DNA of 64,000 nt from contig OZ250169.1 of assembly GCA_965237955.1 (NCBI GenBank), positions 576,001 to 640,000 on the forward strand, in the 5' to 3' direction. Positions within the stretch are counted from its first letter, which is position 1; each line of letters starts with the position of its first letter. Below, in pieces: positions 9,675 to 19,716 of the stretch. Position numbers and translations under genes: made by a program. The stretch comes from Candidatus Marinacidobacterales bacterium (GTDB lineage Bacteria > Acidobacteriota > Vicinamibacteria > Marinacidobacterales > SMYC01). The notes beneath the pieces were generated by a model that saw only the letters and a program-made list of their open reading frames with translations, was not told where the DNA came from and did not search any database.

Positions 9675-10468
9675 TGATGGAATGGACTCCTCCGCTGACA
9701 TAGACGGCATCGATGTGCCAAAGTCAGTCGAATACGCATCGAAAAGGAGGAGTCCGAATGAAAGATACGACGATCGCTGTGGATCTTGCAAAGAACATCT
9801 TCGAGATTGCCATCTCGGGAGAAGCGGGGAAGGTGTCCAAGCGACTCCGTGTGAGTCGACCCAAATTGGTGTCGTTCTTTGCCAAACAGAGCGCTGCCAC
9901 CGTGCTTCTCGAAGCCTGCGGCTCGGCTCACTTCTGGGCAAGGACGTTGCGACGGTTGGGACACGACGTCGTCCTGCTCCCACCTCACCTCGTGAGGCCG
10001 TATCGACGCGGGAGCAAGAACGACCGCGCCGACACGAAGGCGTTGCTCGAGGCCTACAGGAACGAGGAGCTTCTTCCCGTACCCATCAAGTCCGTGCACC
10101 AGCACAGCCTCGCCGCGCTCCATCGCCTGCGCTCAGGATGGCTCTCCACACGGACCGCACGCATCAATGCCGTACGCGGGATCCTGCGCGAACTCGGATT
10201 CATCATCCCAAAGGGCGCTCACTTCGTCGTGCCCGCCCTCTTCGAACTCGTCGAAGACACTGATTCTGATTTGCCCGACGTGCTCCGTTCGCATCTCCGT
10301 GATGCCTGCTCCGAGATTCGAGACCTCAAGGACAAGTGCGCTGGCATCGAGCACGAGTTCAAGGCGCTCACCAAGCAGCTTCCTGAAGTCCAACGACTTC
10401 TCGCCATTCCCGGCATCGGACTTCTGACCGCGACCGCCATCGTGGGCTTCGTCGGCGATCTTCGCCGC
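9675..10468 (+). mobile_element. Truncated IS1111-group IS110 element (transposase from 9758), copy of 54242-55667
   Basis: IAVDLAKN, LLEACG, KNDRAD (DEDD); same left end TGATGGAATGGACTCCTCC; lacks C-terminus and non-coding region. Confidence 0.9.
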
Positions 10469-10469
10469 T

Positions 10470-10698
10470 TGGGCGTGGGCGCTCTTTCTTCAGCGCCCTC
10501 ACTTGCTGCCGCAAAGCGACGTTCTCCAACACTAGGTCGGCGCGGTGCCGACACATCGCCCGAATGGCACGGACGCCAAGTGAGACGAGGAAGACAACAA
10601 CGTCGAGCATAGCGGCCGAGTTTCGCCGTCTTCGGCCCGGAATTCAAGCGGAGCGTAAGTCCTTGATTTCGTGGGCGGAGCAGTTTTGACGATGCACA
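10470..10698 (-). mobile_element. Left end and N-terminus of a second rve-integrase-type element
   Basis: Terminus TGTGCATCGTCAAAA; peptide DLVLENVALRQQVRALKKERPRP. Confidence 0.65.
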
Positions 10699-10784
10699 AG
10701 GTTGATCGCCAGCGCGCCGTCTTATATCGTCTCCGTCTCGAATCTTAGAGTGGCACTACATACGAAGCCGAAAGGAGACCACCA

Positions 10785-12488
10785 TTGGGCAGGTTCAAGC
10801 GCGCCGAGCCGATTCTGGTCGCGGCGGAACACTGGAAGCGCCGATGCCTCCTCGGTGAGCGATCCTTGTTCACCGACCGATCTCTCTGGACTCGCTCAAA
10901 CTTCCAAGAGCTACAGGAAGTGTACGTGGAGAAACTCGACGATCAGTCTTCGGACTCGTTCCTAGTAAAGTTGAAGCGCCAGCTTGAGCCCAGTTCGCCG
11001 GACGCCAAGTGCCTATGGGCCGAACTGACTTGGGTGTATCGCTTGATCCAGAACCGACAGTCCATGAGACCCGCAAACAAGCGAGCGCGGATCGTCGAGA
11101 TATGGAAGTGGTCGAGGCGAGACTTCCCTGAAGACCATGAGCTCCTGAACGACGCAGTGCTCGGAGCGGGAGTCGTCACCCCGGGCACCGCGTACAACAC
11201 GCTTGCCTGGAAGGAATTTCGCTTCTTCGTGGTCGCCATGCTGGACTGGTCTTCGCTGGAGGTAAACGAGCGCAAATCCCTCCTCGATCGCGCATGGGAC
11301 TTCGCGTCATGGCTGGACGCCACCAAGTTTGCCGAGAATCGCATGTTCCGACATGCGCTCCTGTTCCTGCTCTTCCCTGACGAATTCGAATCGATAGTCT
11401 CCAACCAGGTGAAGAGACAGATCTTCAACCGACTGCATCAAGGCGACCGTCCTGACACCTCCAACGCAGTCGAGCTCGACCGAGCCCTGTTCGCAATCCG
11501 TCGCCGCCTCGAGAACGAGTATCCCGGTGAGGTTCACTTCTACCGGCCCCCGATCAAGGAACTCTGGCAGTCAGGACCGGCACCTCCCGATCCATCAGAT
11601 GACGAAGAGGACCCGAGCGGAACATACAGCCCCGGCGACGCCCACCAAGACCTCTTCATTCCCCCCGACCACTTCAAGCGCCTCCTCACCTCCATCAAGT
11701 TCCGCAAGAACCTCATCCTCCAAGGCCCGCCCGGCACCGGAAAGACCTTCATCGCCCGCCGAATCGCCTGGTGCCTCATCGGCCGCAAGGACTCGGATCC
11801 CATTGAGATGGTCCAGTTCCACCAGTCCTACGCCTACGAAGACTTCGTTCAGGGCTATAGACCCACCGACGAGGGCGGATTCAACCTCAGGGACGGGGTC
11901 TTCCACCGCTTCTGCGAACGCGCGCGGGCCAACCTGAAGACGCCCTACGTCTTCATCATCGACGAGATCAACCGCGGCAACCTCTCCCGGATCTTCGGGG
12001 ACCTACTCATGCTGATCGAGGCCGACAAGCGCGGCGAGGACTACGCCGTCGCGCTGACCTATTCCGACAAACGGTTCCATGTCCCGGCGAACGTCCACAT
12101 CCTCGGCATGATGAACACCGCCGACCGATCGCTCGCCCTGGTCGACTACGCGCTCCGCCGACGATTCGCCTTCGAGACCCTCGAACCGGCCTATGGGAAG
12201 TCGGAGTTCGAAGAGTACCTGAAGCAACGGGGCGCCGATCCACACTTGGTCGCCCGCATCTCCGAGCGAATGGGCACCCTCAACAAGACGATCATAGGCG
12301 ACAAGGAACTCGGTCGCAGCTTCCAGATCGGTCACAGCTACTTCGTTCCCGGCAAAGGTGACGAGCCTTCGGAAGCCTGGTACAAGGACATCGTGGACAC
12401 CCAGATCGCGCCGCTCCTCCGCGCGTACTGGTCCGACTCGCCGCACGACATCGAGAAGGAAGTGGCAAGACTCACCGCCGACGCCTGA
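10785..12488 (+). CDS. mcrB: McrB-family AAA+ GTPase (type IV restriction)
   Basis: GPPGTGKT, QFHQSYAYEDFVQG, IIDEINRGN, MNTADRS, RRRF. Confidence 0.93.
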   Translation: MGRFKRAEPILVAAEHWKRRCLLGERSLFTDRSLWTRSNFQELQEVYVEKLDDQSSDSFLVKLKRQLEPSSPDAKCLWAELTWVYRLIQNRQSMRPANKRARIVEIWKWSRRDFPEDHELLNDAVLGAGVVTPGTAYNTLAWKEFRFFVVAMLDWSSLEVNERKSLLDRAWDFASWLDATKFAENRMFRHALLFLLFPDEFESIVSNQVKRQIFNRLHQGDRPDTSNAVELDRALFAIRRRLENEYPGEVHFYRPPIKELWQSGPAPPDPSDDEEDPSGTYSPGDAHQDLFIPPDHFKRLLTSIKFRKNLILQGPPGTGKTFIARRIAWCLIGRKDSDPIEMVQFHQSYAYEDFVQGYRPTDEGGFNLRDGVFHRFCERARANLKTPYVFIIDEINRGNLSRIFGDLLMLIEADKRGEDYAVALTYSDKRFHVPANVHILGMMNTADRSLALVDYALRRRFAFETLEPAYGKSEFEEYLKQRGADPHLVARISERMGTLNKTIIGDKELGRSFQIGHSYFVPGKGDEPSEAWYKDIVDTQIAPLLRAYWSDSPHDIEKEVARLTADA

Positions 12489-12491
12489 CCG

Positions 12492-13568
12492 TTGAAGAAC
12501 ATCCCGATCCTGAACGTCTACTACCTCCTCTGCTACGCCTGGGGACGGGTTCAGGAGCGGGACACCGTGCGGCTGGCCTCTCTGGAAGGCCTCTCGACGG
12601 TCCAAGACCTGCTGGGCAAGGTGCTCGCCGGCGGCGTGAACCACCTCTTTCGGCGCGGCATCGATCGCGGGTACGTGGAAAGACGGGAGGATCTCGCCGG
12701 AATCCGGGGAAAGCTGGCGGTCAGCGAGACGGCGAAGCGTGCGCTCCGGTCGCGGGGACGGGCGGCATGCGACTTCGAGGAGCTGTCGATGGACATCCTG
12801 CCGAACCGCATCCTGCGCACTTCGCTGCACGGACTGCGGGACCGGCGTATCAGGCTGGACAGAGATGTCCTGGGCGAGGTGCGTTCCGCGTACAGGAGAC
12901 TTGACGGCGTCTCACGCACCCGGCTGAAGAGAAACACTTTCGGTCAGGTCCAGCTCGGCGGAAACCGGCGGCTCTACCAGTTTCTGCTCTCGGTGTGCAG
13001 GCTCCTGTACGAGAGTTCGGTGGTCGACGAGAACACCGGCCGAACCACCTTCCGCGACTTCCGCCGCGACGAGGCGACCATGTGGGCGCTCTTCGAGGAA
13101 TTCGTCACGGGTTTCTACCAGCGCGAGCAGAGCGTGTATCGGGTGAATCCGGGGGGCCGAAACGTCGCGTGGGCGGACAAAGGCTGGGCGACCGACGAGG
13201 ACCGGGCGCTGATCCCCGTCATGACCGCCGACGTGATCCTCGACTCGCCCAAGTGCCGGATCATCATGGACACGAAGTACTACAAGGACGCTCTGGCGCG
13301 TGGACGCGGTTCGGGCAGCGGCAAGCTGTATTCCGACAACCTGTACCAGCTTCTTGCGTATCTGCGAAATCGCCAGGACACGCAGCCGGACGGTGCGAAG
13401 CACCGAGGCATCCTGCTGTATCCGAAGGTGGACAAGTCCCTGCGTGCCGACATCCGCCTTGAGGGCTTCCGCATTCAGGCCCGTACCGTCGATCTCGATC
13501 AGGACTGGCGCCTGATTCACGATGAGATGCTGGACTCGATCGGGATTGACGGGTCGAGTTCAGGGTAA
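12492..13568 (+). CDS. mcrC: McrC-family restriction endonuclease subunit
   Basis: IPILNVYYLLCYAW, LFEEFV, ADV...IMDTKYY, NLYQLLAY, GILLYP; 3 bp after mcrB. Confidence 0.93.
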   Translation: MKNIPILNVYYLLCYAWGRVQERDTVRLASLEGLSTVQDLLGKVLAGGVNHLFRRGIDRGYVERREDLAGIRGKLAVSETAKRALRSRGRAACDFEELSMDILPNRILRTSLHGLRDRRIRLDRDVLGEVRSAYRRLDGVSRTRLKRNTFGQVQLGGNRRLYQFLLSVCRLLYESSVVDENTGRTTFRDFRRDEATMWALFEEFVTGFYQREQSVYRVNPGGRNVAWADKGWATDEDRALIPVMTADVILDSPKCRIIMDTKYYKDALARGRGSGSGKLYSDNLYQLLAYLRNRQDTQPDGAKHRGILLYPKVDKSLRADIRLEGFRIQARTVDLDQDWRLIHDEMLDSIGIDGSSSG

Positions 13569-13717
13569 CGTATCTTCTCTTCGGCCGCACGGTAGCCAAG
13601 CCCTGATCGCTCGGTGCGGAAGTTTTTTAAGAGGTGATCCTGCCCTTGACTCAAGTAGAGGCGTACGGCAGGAGCGGGCTCGGAGGCAGGCAGGCCGGGG
13701 GCTGATGCACCGCACCA

Positions 13718-13777
13718 CCTGTGCTCCGCAATAAGTCGATCCAGCGGTACGCGATCTTCTTTTTTGCGGACCACAGG
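13718..13777. mobile_element. 60-bp miniature element (two element ends fused)
   Basis: IR CCTGTGCTCCGCAA...TTGCGGACCACAGG; relatives at 35610-35707, ~15457, ~3508, ~43672. Confidence 0.7.
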
Positions 13778-13790
13778 CGGAATCGCAACT

Positions 13791-14957
13791 CTAGATGGAT
13801 CCTCCGGTCCACTCGTTCGAGCTGTTGTAATACGGACATCGCTCTCGATTCGTCGCCTGCGCCAATACGTCGAAAACCGGTTGCCAGACACCCGCGCTCG
13901 GCTTGTGACAGTCCGCTTCCTCCAACCAGAGGCCTGGCAGCACCAACACGTCACGGTCGAGTGCCGTTCTCAACTCATGTGAGAAGGCCGACCGGTCTCC
14001 GAATTCGATGTGGCGTCCCCTGGCACCAATCACCGTTAGATGCACCGAATATGGAGGCGGAAGCCCGAACTTACGGATGGTCGAAATGTATTGATCAAGT
14101 CTGGAATTCAAGCTCCGCAGCATATGCAGACCAGGCAGCTCATTGCGATCACCGTAGCATGCCACTCCTTCTATAGTTCCGTTGCGAAATACCTGCACAT
14201 AGCTTTGAGAACGAATGTGTGGCCCGCTCGGATACTCCACCACCCAACCATCGAGGTTGAAGCGTTCGTTCCCGCCACCGCCGAGTGGTAGCACGGCACC
14301 CTTCGCCAACTGAAGATCGATATCGTTTCTTGACAGGCTCGCAATTGGTACGACGTGGAGAACCATCGCCGGCCCAGGCACTAATGGGATGGTCGCGTGC
14401 TCTGTCTGCATTTCTTGCGTTCGTTTACGGCAGAAGGTTGCCACTCGCTCGGCGACTGACTGGGACATAAGGACCGCCTCGCGGACTTGGAGTGCATTCA
14501 TCTCGAAGTTACCTTGATTAGCGCGTGCCCAAAAGCGGAACTCGTCCTTTACCATGTGCGGTCCCACCCAGCTTTTCTGAACACGAACCACGAGCACAGG
14601 ACCGTCGGGATATCCATCGATCTGACGGAGTTGCACGTAAACACGCGGCTCGATGCCCGTGCGAACCCACTGCTCAAGCTTAATTATTAGAGACTCGTCA
14701 AGGTCCCTCACGCCCAGAATTCTTGTGGCTCGCCCGGTGTGTTTGCTCCCCGAATTACGTTCTTCCTCAATACCGAACACTAGATCGCCGCCGTTGGTGT
14801 TCGCGAAGGCGGCCACGTCCTTCAGGAATCCGATGCGCCTGTCAGGCCCCTCCGGAAGCTCTCGTTTGTAATCAAGCTCGCGGTTCTCCGAAATCCCGTC
14901 AGCGAGCAAGGCGTCGATGTGGCTCTTCGTGATGTCGCTGATCGCGTACGGCAGCAT
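13791..14957 (-). CDS. AlbA_2 (Schlafen-like) domain protein
   Basis: [36 protein letters not shown]. Confidence 0.88.
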   Translation of the reverse strand: MLPYAISDITKSHIDALLADGISENRELDYKRELPEGPDRRIGFLKDVAAFANTNGGDLVFGIEEERNSGSKHTGRATRILGVRDLDESLIIKLEQWVRTGIEPRVYVQLRQIDGYPDGPVLVVRVQKSWVGPHMVKDEFRFWARANQGNFEMNALQVREAVLMSQSVAERVATFCRKRTQEMQTEHATIPLVPGPAMVLHVVPIASLSRNDIDLQLAKGAVLPLGGGGNERFNLDGWVVEYPSGPHIRSQSYVQVFRNGTIEGVACYGDRNELPGLHMLRSLNSRLDQYISTIRKFGLPPPYSVHLTVIGARGRHIEFGDRSAFSHELRTALDRDVLVLPGLWLEEADCHKPSAGVWQPVFDVLAQATNRERCPYYNSSNEWTGGSI

Positions 14958-14968
14958 TCAACATTTAC

Positions 14969-15227
14969 TCATTGAAGGTCCGGCGGCATCAGGTCGGAGT
15001 CGTAGAGGTGGTCGGCCAGCAGTGCGCCGAGATGGGCGTCGCCTGCCCTCTGGTGGATGTCAGCTAAGATCCATTGAAAGGGTCTTCGACCTTTTATGTG
15101 TGCAACCCAATCGAAGCACACGAGAGTTCCAAACAGGAAATGAGCGTCGTTGTCGAGTTGCCCCTTGAACATGTAGATGGAACGACCCTGAAACATGTAC
15201 TGGTGACGAACGTTCTGCTCCCTCCAG
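14969..15227 (-). pseudogene. C-terminal remnant of the gene upstream of AlbA_2, possibly nitrilase-fold
   Basis: FGTLVCFDW resembles a C-N hydrolase nucleophile motif; cut by the MITE at 15228. Confidence 0.35.
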
Positions 15228-15347
15228 GGTACTGTCAAGTTGAGGTCTCGAGTTTGGAGCGGGCCGCTAGATAATGGGGCTCGAGCACACCGCGTTGCCA
15301 ACATCTTGGGGTCGGATCGGCCCTGAATGCCTCAACTTGACAGTACC
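15228..15347. mobile_element. 120-bp IS6-like MITE
   Basis: Perfect 18-bp IR GGTACTGTCAAGTTGAGG / CCTCAACTTGACAGTACC; no TSD. Confidence 0.8.
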
Positions 15348-15518
15348 GTCCTACATCTTCAACGAGCACGGCGTCGGCTATCGCATGCCGGACCCCGACG
15401 AGCGGTAGGCGCCGTTGCCCCATCGGCGGCGAGGAAGGGCCATGGCCATCGCACGCTGTGCTCCGCAAAAAGTCTATCCAGCGTTGATTGCCCACCGTCC
15501 ACGCCGCGCCAACTGCTC

Positions 15519-15561
15519 GCTTGTAACGTTGCCCGTGGATCAAGTTTTGGCACAGGACGGG
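15519..15561 (-). repeat. Terminal repeat type B (right end), copy 6
   Basis: GCTTGTAACGTTGCCCGTGGATCAAGTTTTGGCACAGGACGGG. Confidence 0.9.
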
Positions 15562-16490
15562 CTCGTGTCCGCAGACGAGCGCTGTGCTGACCGCGCAAAG
15601 AACTGCAAGCACGTGTGGGCGGCGGGATTGCGTCGCCCCTTCTCGGTGAGCACGCCGCAGTAGTGGTTGTCGAAGTCGACGAAGCGGTCGGTGAGTGTGA
15701 CCAGCGCCCCAGTGTCGAGGTGCCGGTCGATGAAATGCCGCCATCCCAACGCGATCCCATGCCCGGCGGCGGCTGCTTCCAGCACGTAGGCGTACTGGTC
15801 GAGGCCGATGGTGCGGGGCCTGCGCGCCGGACGTCCGGCGGCCGCGAACCAGTCGTCCCAGGACGCCCAGCCTTCGTTGGGCCGTGTGAGATCGAGGAAG
15901 GTGAGCCCCCCCCAGCCACTGACGGGTCCGTTGAGGACGTCCGCGTGGGTGGCGGCATAGCCGGGCGAGCAGAGCGGCTGCACCGCTTCGCCATGGATCA
16001 CCACGCGGTCTTCGGCCCCGATGGTCGCCTCCCAGCCCAGCACCATGTCGGCGGCCGGCTCGCGCGGCAGGTTCTGCCGTTCGTAGTGGTAGGTCAGGAT
16101 CCGGATCTCGACCTGCGCGTCGAGCACGGCGCGTAATGCGCCATATCGCGGCAACAAGAAGAAGTGCGAGGCCTCGTGCGAGCAGGCGATCACGACCTGT
16201 TCTCCGCTCGTCCATGCGATCTCGGCGACCGCCGCCCGGATGATGCCCAGCCCGGCGCTGATGTCGTCATGGAAGCGTCGTCCGGCCGCGGTTAGGGTCA
16301 CCCCGGTCCGGGATCGTTCGAACAGCTGGGCCGCCAGGTGCTTTTCGAGGTTCGCCACCTTGCGGGTGATGGCGGGCTGCGAGGTCCCCAGTTCCTTGGC
16401 CGCCCGGGACAGGCTGCCGAGCCGGCCCGCGCTTTCGAAGGCGATCAGGGCTCCGGCCCCTGGAATTCCGGACGGCTTGTTTCCTAACAT
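15540..16490 (-). CDS. LysR-family regulator (GcvA-like); C-terminus runs into the type B end
   Basis: AFESAGRLGSLSRAAKELGTSQPAITRKVANLE HTH; AAAAGHGIALG. Confidence 0.92.
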   Translation of the reverse strand: MLGNKPSGIPGAGALIAFESAGRLGSLSRAAKELGTSQPAITRKVANLEKHLAAQLFERSRTGVTLTAAGRRFHDDISAGLGIIRAAVAEIAWTSGEQVVIACSHEASHFFLLPRYGALRAVLDAQVEIRILTYHYERQNLPREPAADMVLGWEATIGAEDRVVIHGEAVQPLCSPGYAATHADVLNGPVSGWGGLTFLDLTRPNEGWASWDDWFAAAGRPARRPRTIGLDQYAYVLEAAAAGHGIALGWRHFIDRHLDTGALVTLTDRFVDFDNHYCGVLTEKGRRNPAAHTCLQFFARSAQRSSADTSPSCAKT

Positions 16491-16503
16491 ATCAGTTAAG
16501 ACA

Positions 16504-16519
16504 TATTGTTATGACAATA
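16504..16519. promoter_or_regulatory. Palindromic operator candidate in AT-rich region upstream of lysR
   Basis: TATTGT-N4-ACAATA. Confidence 0.45.
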
Positions 16520-16819
16520 CAAGTATACCAATAAACATTGAATTGTCACGATGATAGGTATGTAGTATCAGGCTAGCGTGTCGATACATATTATGATATA
16601 TGTCTCTCAGACATGGGGGTGCTTGTGCTGTTGACTGTTGGTGATGTGTACGCATCCCTTTGCAAAAAGAGGCTGTCCATCATCATTATTAGTCCGGGAC
16701 TGGATCTAGGCCCGGACCGCCCTCAAGCCCATGCTGGAGAGCGTGGTCAGCGCGCGAGGGAAGGTGCTGAGGACGAACTTCTCGGCGACCAGCCGAGTAA
16801 CGCGAGCGACCAAGCTGAC

Positions 16820-16975
16820 TCAGGCTGCCTCTCGCCACTCGTATCGGTGGTGCAGTCCACCGACTCGCGGCAGTGCGACGACTTTCGCCGTAGGAAACGG
16901 TCGGTGCGTGACCGCTCTCAAGCTCGGTGTGTCCTTGTTCAGCCCCAAGTGGCAACGGTCCTCGTGATAGTAGCT
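16820..16975 (-). pseudogene. rve-integrase C-terminal fragment
   Basis: YHEDRCHLGLNKDTP...PRVGGLHHRYEWREAA*. Confidence 0.7.
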
Positions 16976-16977
16976 GA

Positions 16978-17170
16978 TTTATGCCGAGTACCGGATTATG
17001 CCGCGTAGGGGTGGTGCGCGTTGGATCGATGCACGGTTGGCGCGGGTTTTGCGCGGTTGAAGGCATTCTCTACGCGGCATAATCAAAGGCTCTCCAAGAA
17101 GGCGAGTAGCTGGTCCTGAGGGCGGAAGCGTCCAGGCCTTGTATTGGGCAGAGCGGTCTTTGCGAGCGCA
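16978..17170 (-). mobile_element. RIT (recombinase-in-trio) right-end remnant
   Basis: GRFRPQDQLLAFLESL* tyrosine-recombinase C-terminus followed by TTATGCCG motifs and TTATGCCGAGTACCGGATTATGCCGCG. Confidence 0.6.
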
Positions 17171-17171
17171 C

Positions 17172-17477
17172 GTGCCCGCTTTAGCTCACGGTTCTCTCGC
17201 TCAAGCTCCTTCAGCCGCTGACGCTCGCCCGTCGTCAGTCCCGCTCGTTTCCCAGCATCACGCTCTGCTCGCCGCACCCACGTGCGTAGCGTTTCCCGCG
17301 TACAGTCAATCTTCGACGCAATCGATGAGATCGCTGACCACTGAGATTCGTGCTGAGCCTGCTGGTCGAAAACCATCCGTACTGCGCGCTCTTTCATCTC
17401 CGGTGAATACCTGCTTCGTCTTGTCATGACTCCATCCTCTCAAGAGTTGGAGTCTCTGGAAAACCCGGGGCGGTTCA
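17172..17477 (-). mobile_element. IS3-family left end and orfA (truncated)
   Basis: IR TGAACCGCCCCGGGTTTTCCAGAGACT; RYSPEMKERAVRMV...LERENRELKRA. Confidence 0.88.
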
Positions 17478-17837
17478 GTCCAGAATCTAGGCCAGGCTAC
17501 CACAGCGTAGCGGGCTAGCACGTTCTGGCCCAGGTGGGCCTGGGCCTCCTTGATGCCCTTACTTGCCTGGTGCTTCCGCCATTAAATGTTGGTGAGATGA
17601 CGCTAAGACTTTACAGTGCATTAAATTACGGCCAAAATAGCGCTCGTGACCTTCGCTGCGCGCTAAATGGAGCGTAAGCGTTTCTTTTGCAAAGGGATGC
17701 GTACACATCACCAACAGTAAACAGCGTAAGCACCGCGGTAACCACAACACGCCTATGCTCCATCCGCACGATGGCCGACGCGCGGGTCGGCCCCGTCCTA
17801 GCAAGTGCCGGTCATTATCGGCTACGCTGATGCGCCC

Positions 17838-19170
17838 ATGACGCCGTACGAATTCATCGCCAAGTGGCGCGCCTCGGCACTCAAGGAGCGCTCGGCGTCG
17901 CAGGAGCACTTCATCGACCTGTGCCACCTGCTCGGCGAGCCGACGCCCGCCGAGGCCGACCCGACCGGCGAGACGTACTGCTTCGAGCGCGGCGCGCGCA
18001 AGGACACCGGCGGCGACGGCTGGGCCGATGTCTGGAAGCGCCACCACTTCGCCTGGGAGTACAAGGGCAAGCGGGCCGACCTCGACGCCGCATTCGGACA
18101 GCTGCGGCTCTACGCCCTGGCGCTGGAGAACCCGCCGCTGCTGATCGTCTCCGACATGCTGCGGTTCCGCATCCGCACCAACTGGACTAACAGCGTCAGC
18201 AAGACCTACGAGTTCGGACTGGACGACCTGGCCGACGCCGCGACACGTGACAGGCTCAAGTGGGCGTTCTCGGACCCTGAACGGCTACGGCCGGGCGAGA
18301 CGCGACAATCGCTCACCCAACAGGCGGCGCAGTCTTTCGCGGCGGTCGCGCAGTCGCTGCGGGAACGCGGCCACGACCCGCACGCGGTCGCGCACTTCGT
18401 CAACCGGCTCGTCTTCTGCATGTTCGCCGACGACGTGGGCCTGCTGCCCGGCCACATGTTCACCCGAATGCTGGAGCAGGCGCGGCGCACGCCAGCGCAC
18501 TTCGCCGACCTTGCCGACGATCTGTTCCGGGTGATGGCTCGCGGCGGCCGGGTCGGTTTCGAGACGGTCGACTGGTTCAACGGCGGACTGTTCGACGACG
18601 CCACAGCGCTGCCGCTGGAGAGGTCCGACATCGACACCGTGTTGGCCGCATCGCGCCTCGACTGGTCGGAGATCGATCCATCGATCCTCGGCACGCTGTT
18701 CGAGCGTGGACTCGATCCGGGCAAGCGCGCCCAGCTCGGGGCGCATTACACGGACCGCGACAAGATCATGCTGCTCGTCGAGCCGGTCGTGATCCGGCCG
18801 TGGCTCGCCGAGTGGGCCACGGAGAAAGCAGAGATCGCCGCCGAGTTGGAGCGAGCGGAAGCCACCAAGTCAACGGCCGCTCGTACCAAGCGTCGGAACG
18901 AGGCCGAGCGGCGGTACCGGGCGTTTCTCAACCGGCTGCGTGCGTTCACGGTGCTCGACCCGGCCTGCGGCTCAGGCAACTTCCTGTATCTCGCCTTGCA
19001 GGCCCTCAAGGACCTGGAGCACCGGGTGCAGTTCGAGGCGGAGGTTCTCGGCTTCCAGCGGGCGTTTCCGGAGATCGGCCCGGCCAACGTCAAGGGCATC
19101 GAGATCAATCCCTATGCCGCCGAATTGGCTCGCGTTTCCGTCTGGATCGGCGAGATCCAGTGGATGCGGC
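17838..19170 (+). pseudogene. MmeI-like type IIL restriction-modification enzyme, truncated after motif I
   Basis: WEYKGK, FNGGLF, LGAHYT, LDPACGSGNFL; no NPPF motif or TRD; joined to an IS6 fragment. Confidence 0.88.
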
Positions 19171-19421
19171 CGCTAAACGCTTCTTTCGTAAGCTGCTGAA
19201 GAGGCAGGGCCGGCCACCCTGGCGGCTCGTCACCGACAAGCTGAGAAGCTACAGCGCCGCTCACCGCGAGGTCATGCCATCCGTCGTCCACTGCACCGAC
19301 CAGCACCAAAACAATAGAGCCGAGGTCTCGCACGAGCCGACGCGGCAACGTGAACGGCAAATGCGACGGTTCAAATCTCCGGGTCAAGCCCAGCGATTCT
19401 TGTCCGTTCATGGACTTGTCC
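19163..19421 (+). pseudogene. IS6-family transposase internal fragment
   Basis: AAKRFFRKLL...VTDKLRSY...NNRAEVSHEPTRQRERQMRRFKS. Confidence 0.85.
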
Positions 19422-19586
19422 GGCAGCGCAAACAGCGAGCGGATCGACTGGGAATTTTTCACTCGGTTAGCCTATCCTAAAAATGGACCACTTTTCAGCA
19501 CCTGATGAAGTACTGGATACCTTTTCCACACAATGAGTTACACTGTTTTTCCGTCAGAACTTACCCACACGAATCCGCGTAGACCC
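19422..19586 (-). mobile_element. ISL3 left-end fragment (copy of ~39317-39482)
   Basis: Near-identical sequence including IR GGGTCTACGCGGATTCGTGTGGG. Confidence 0.85.
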
Positions 19587-19716
19587 AATAAATAGAAGCC
19601 ACAACCTCCCCGAGATCGCCTGGGAGACGGAAGTCTGGGTTGCGGACGCTCCGGAGCACCTTATCCATTTCAACGGTGAGCGCTTCCTGGGACCGTACGA
19701 GAGCGCGGGGGAAGAC

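Noticed and set aside
4853-13568. BREX, DISARM or type I R-M assignment for the MTase region
   Set aside because: No PglZ, BrxC, helicase, HsdR or HsdS genes are present.
15235-16215. 326-aa Arg-rich ORF and many similar overlapping ORFs
   Set aside because: Alternate-frame products of GC-rich genes, with no motifs.
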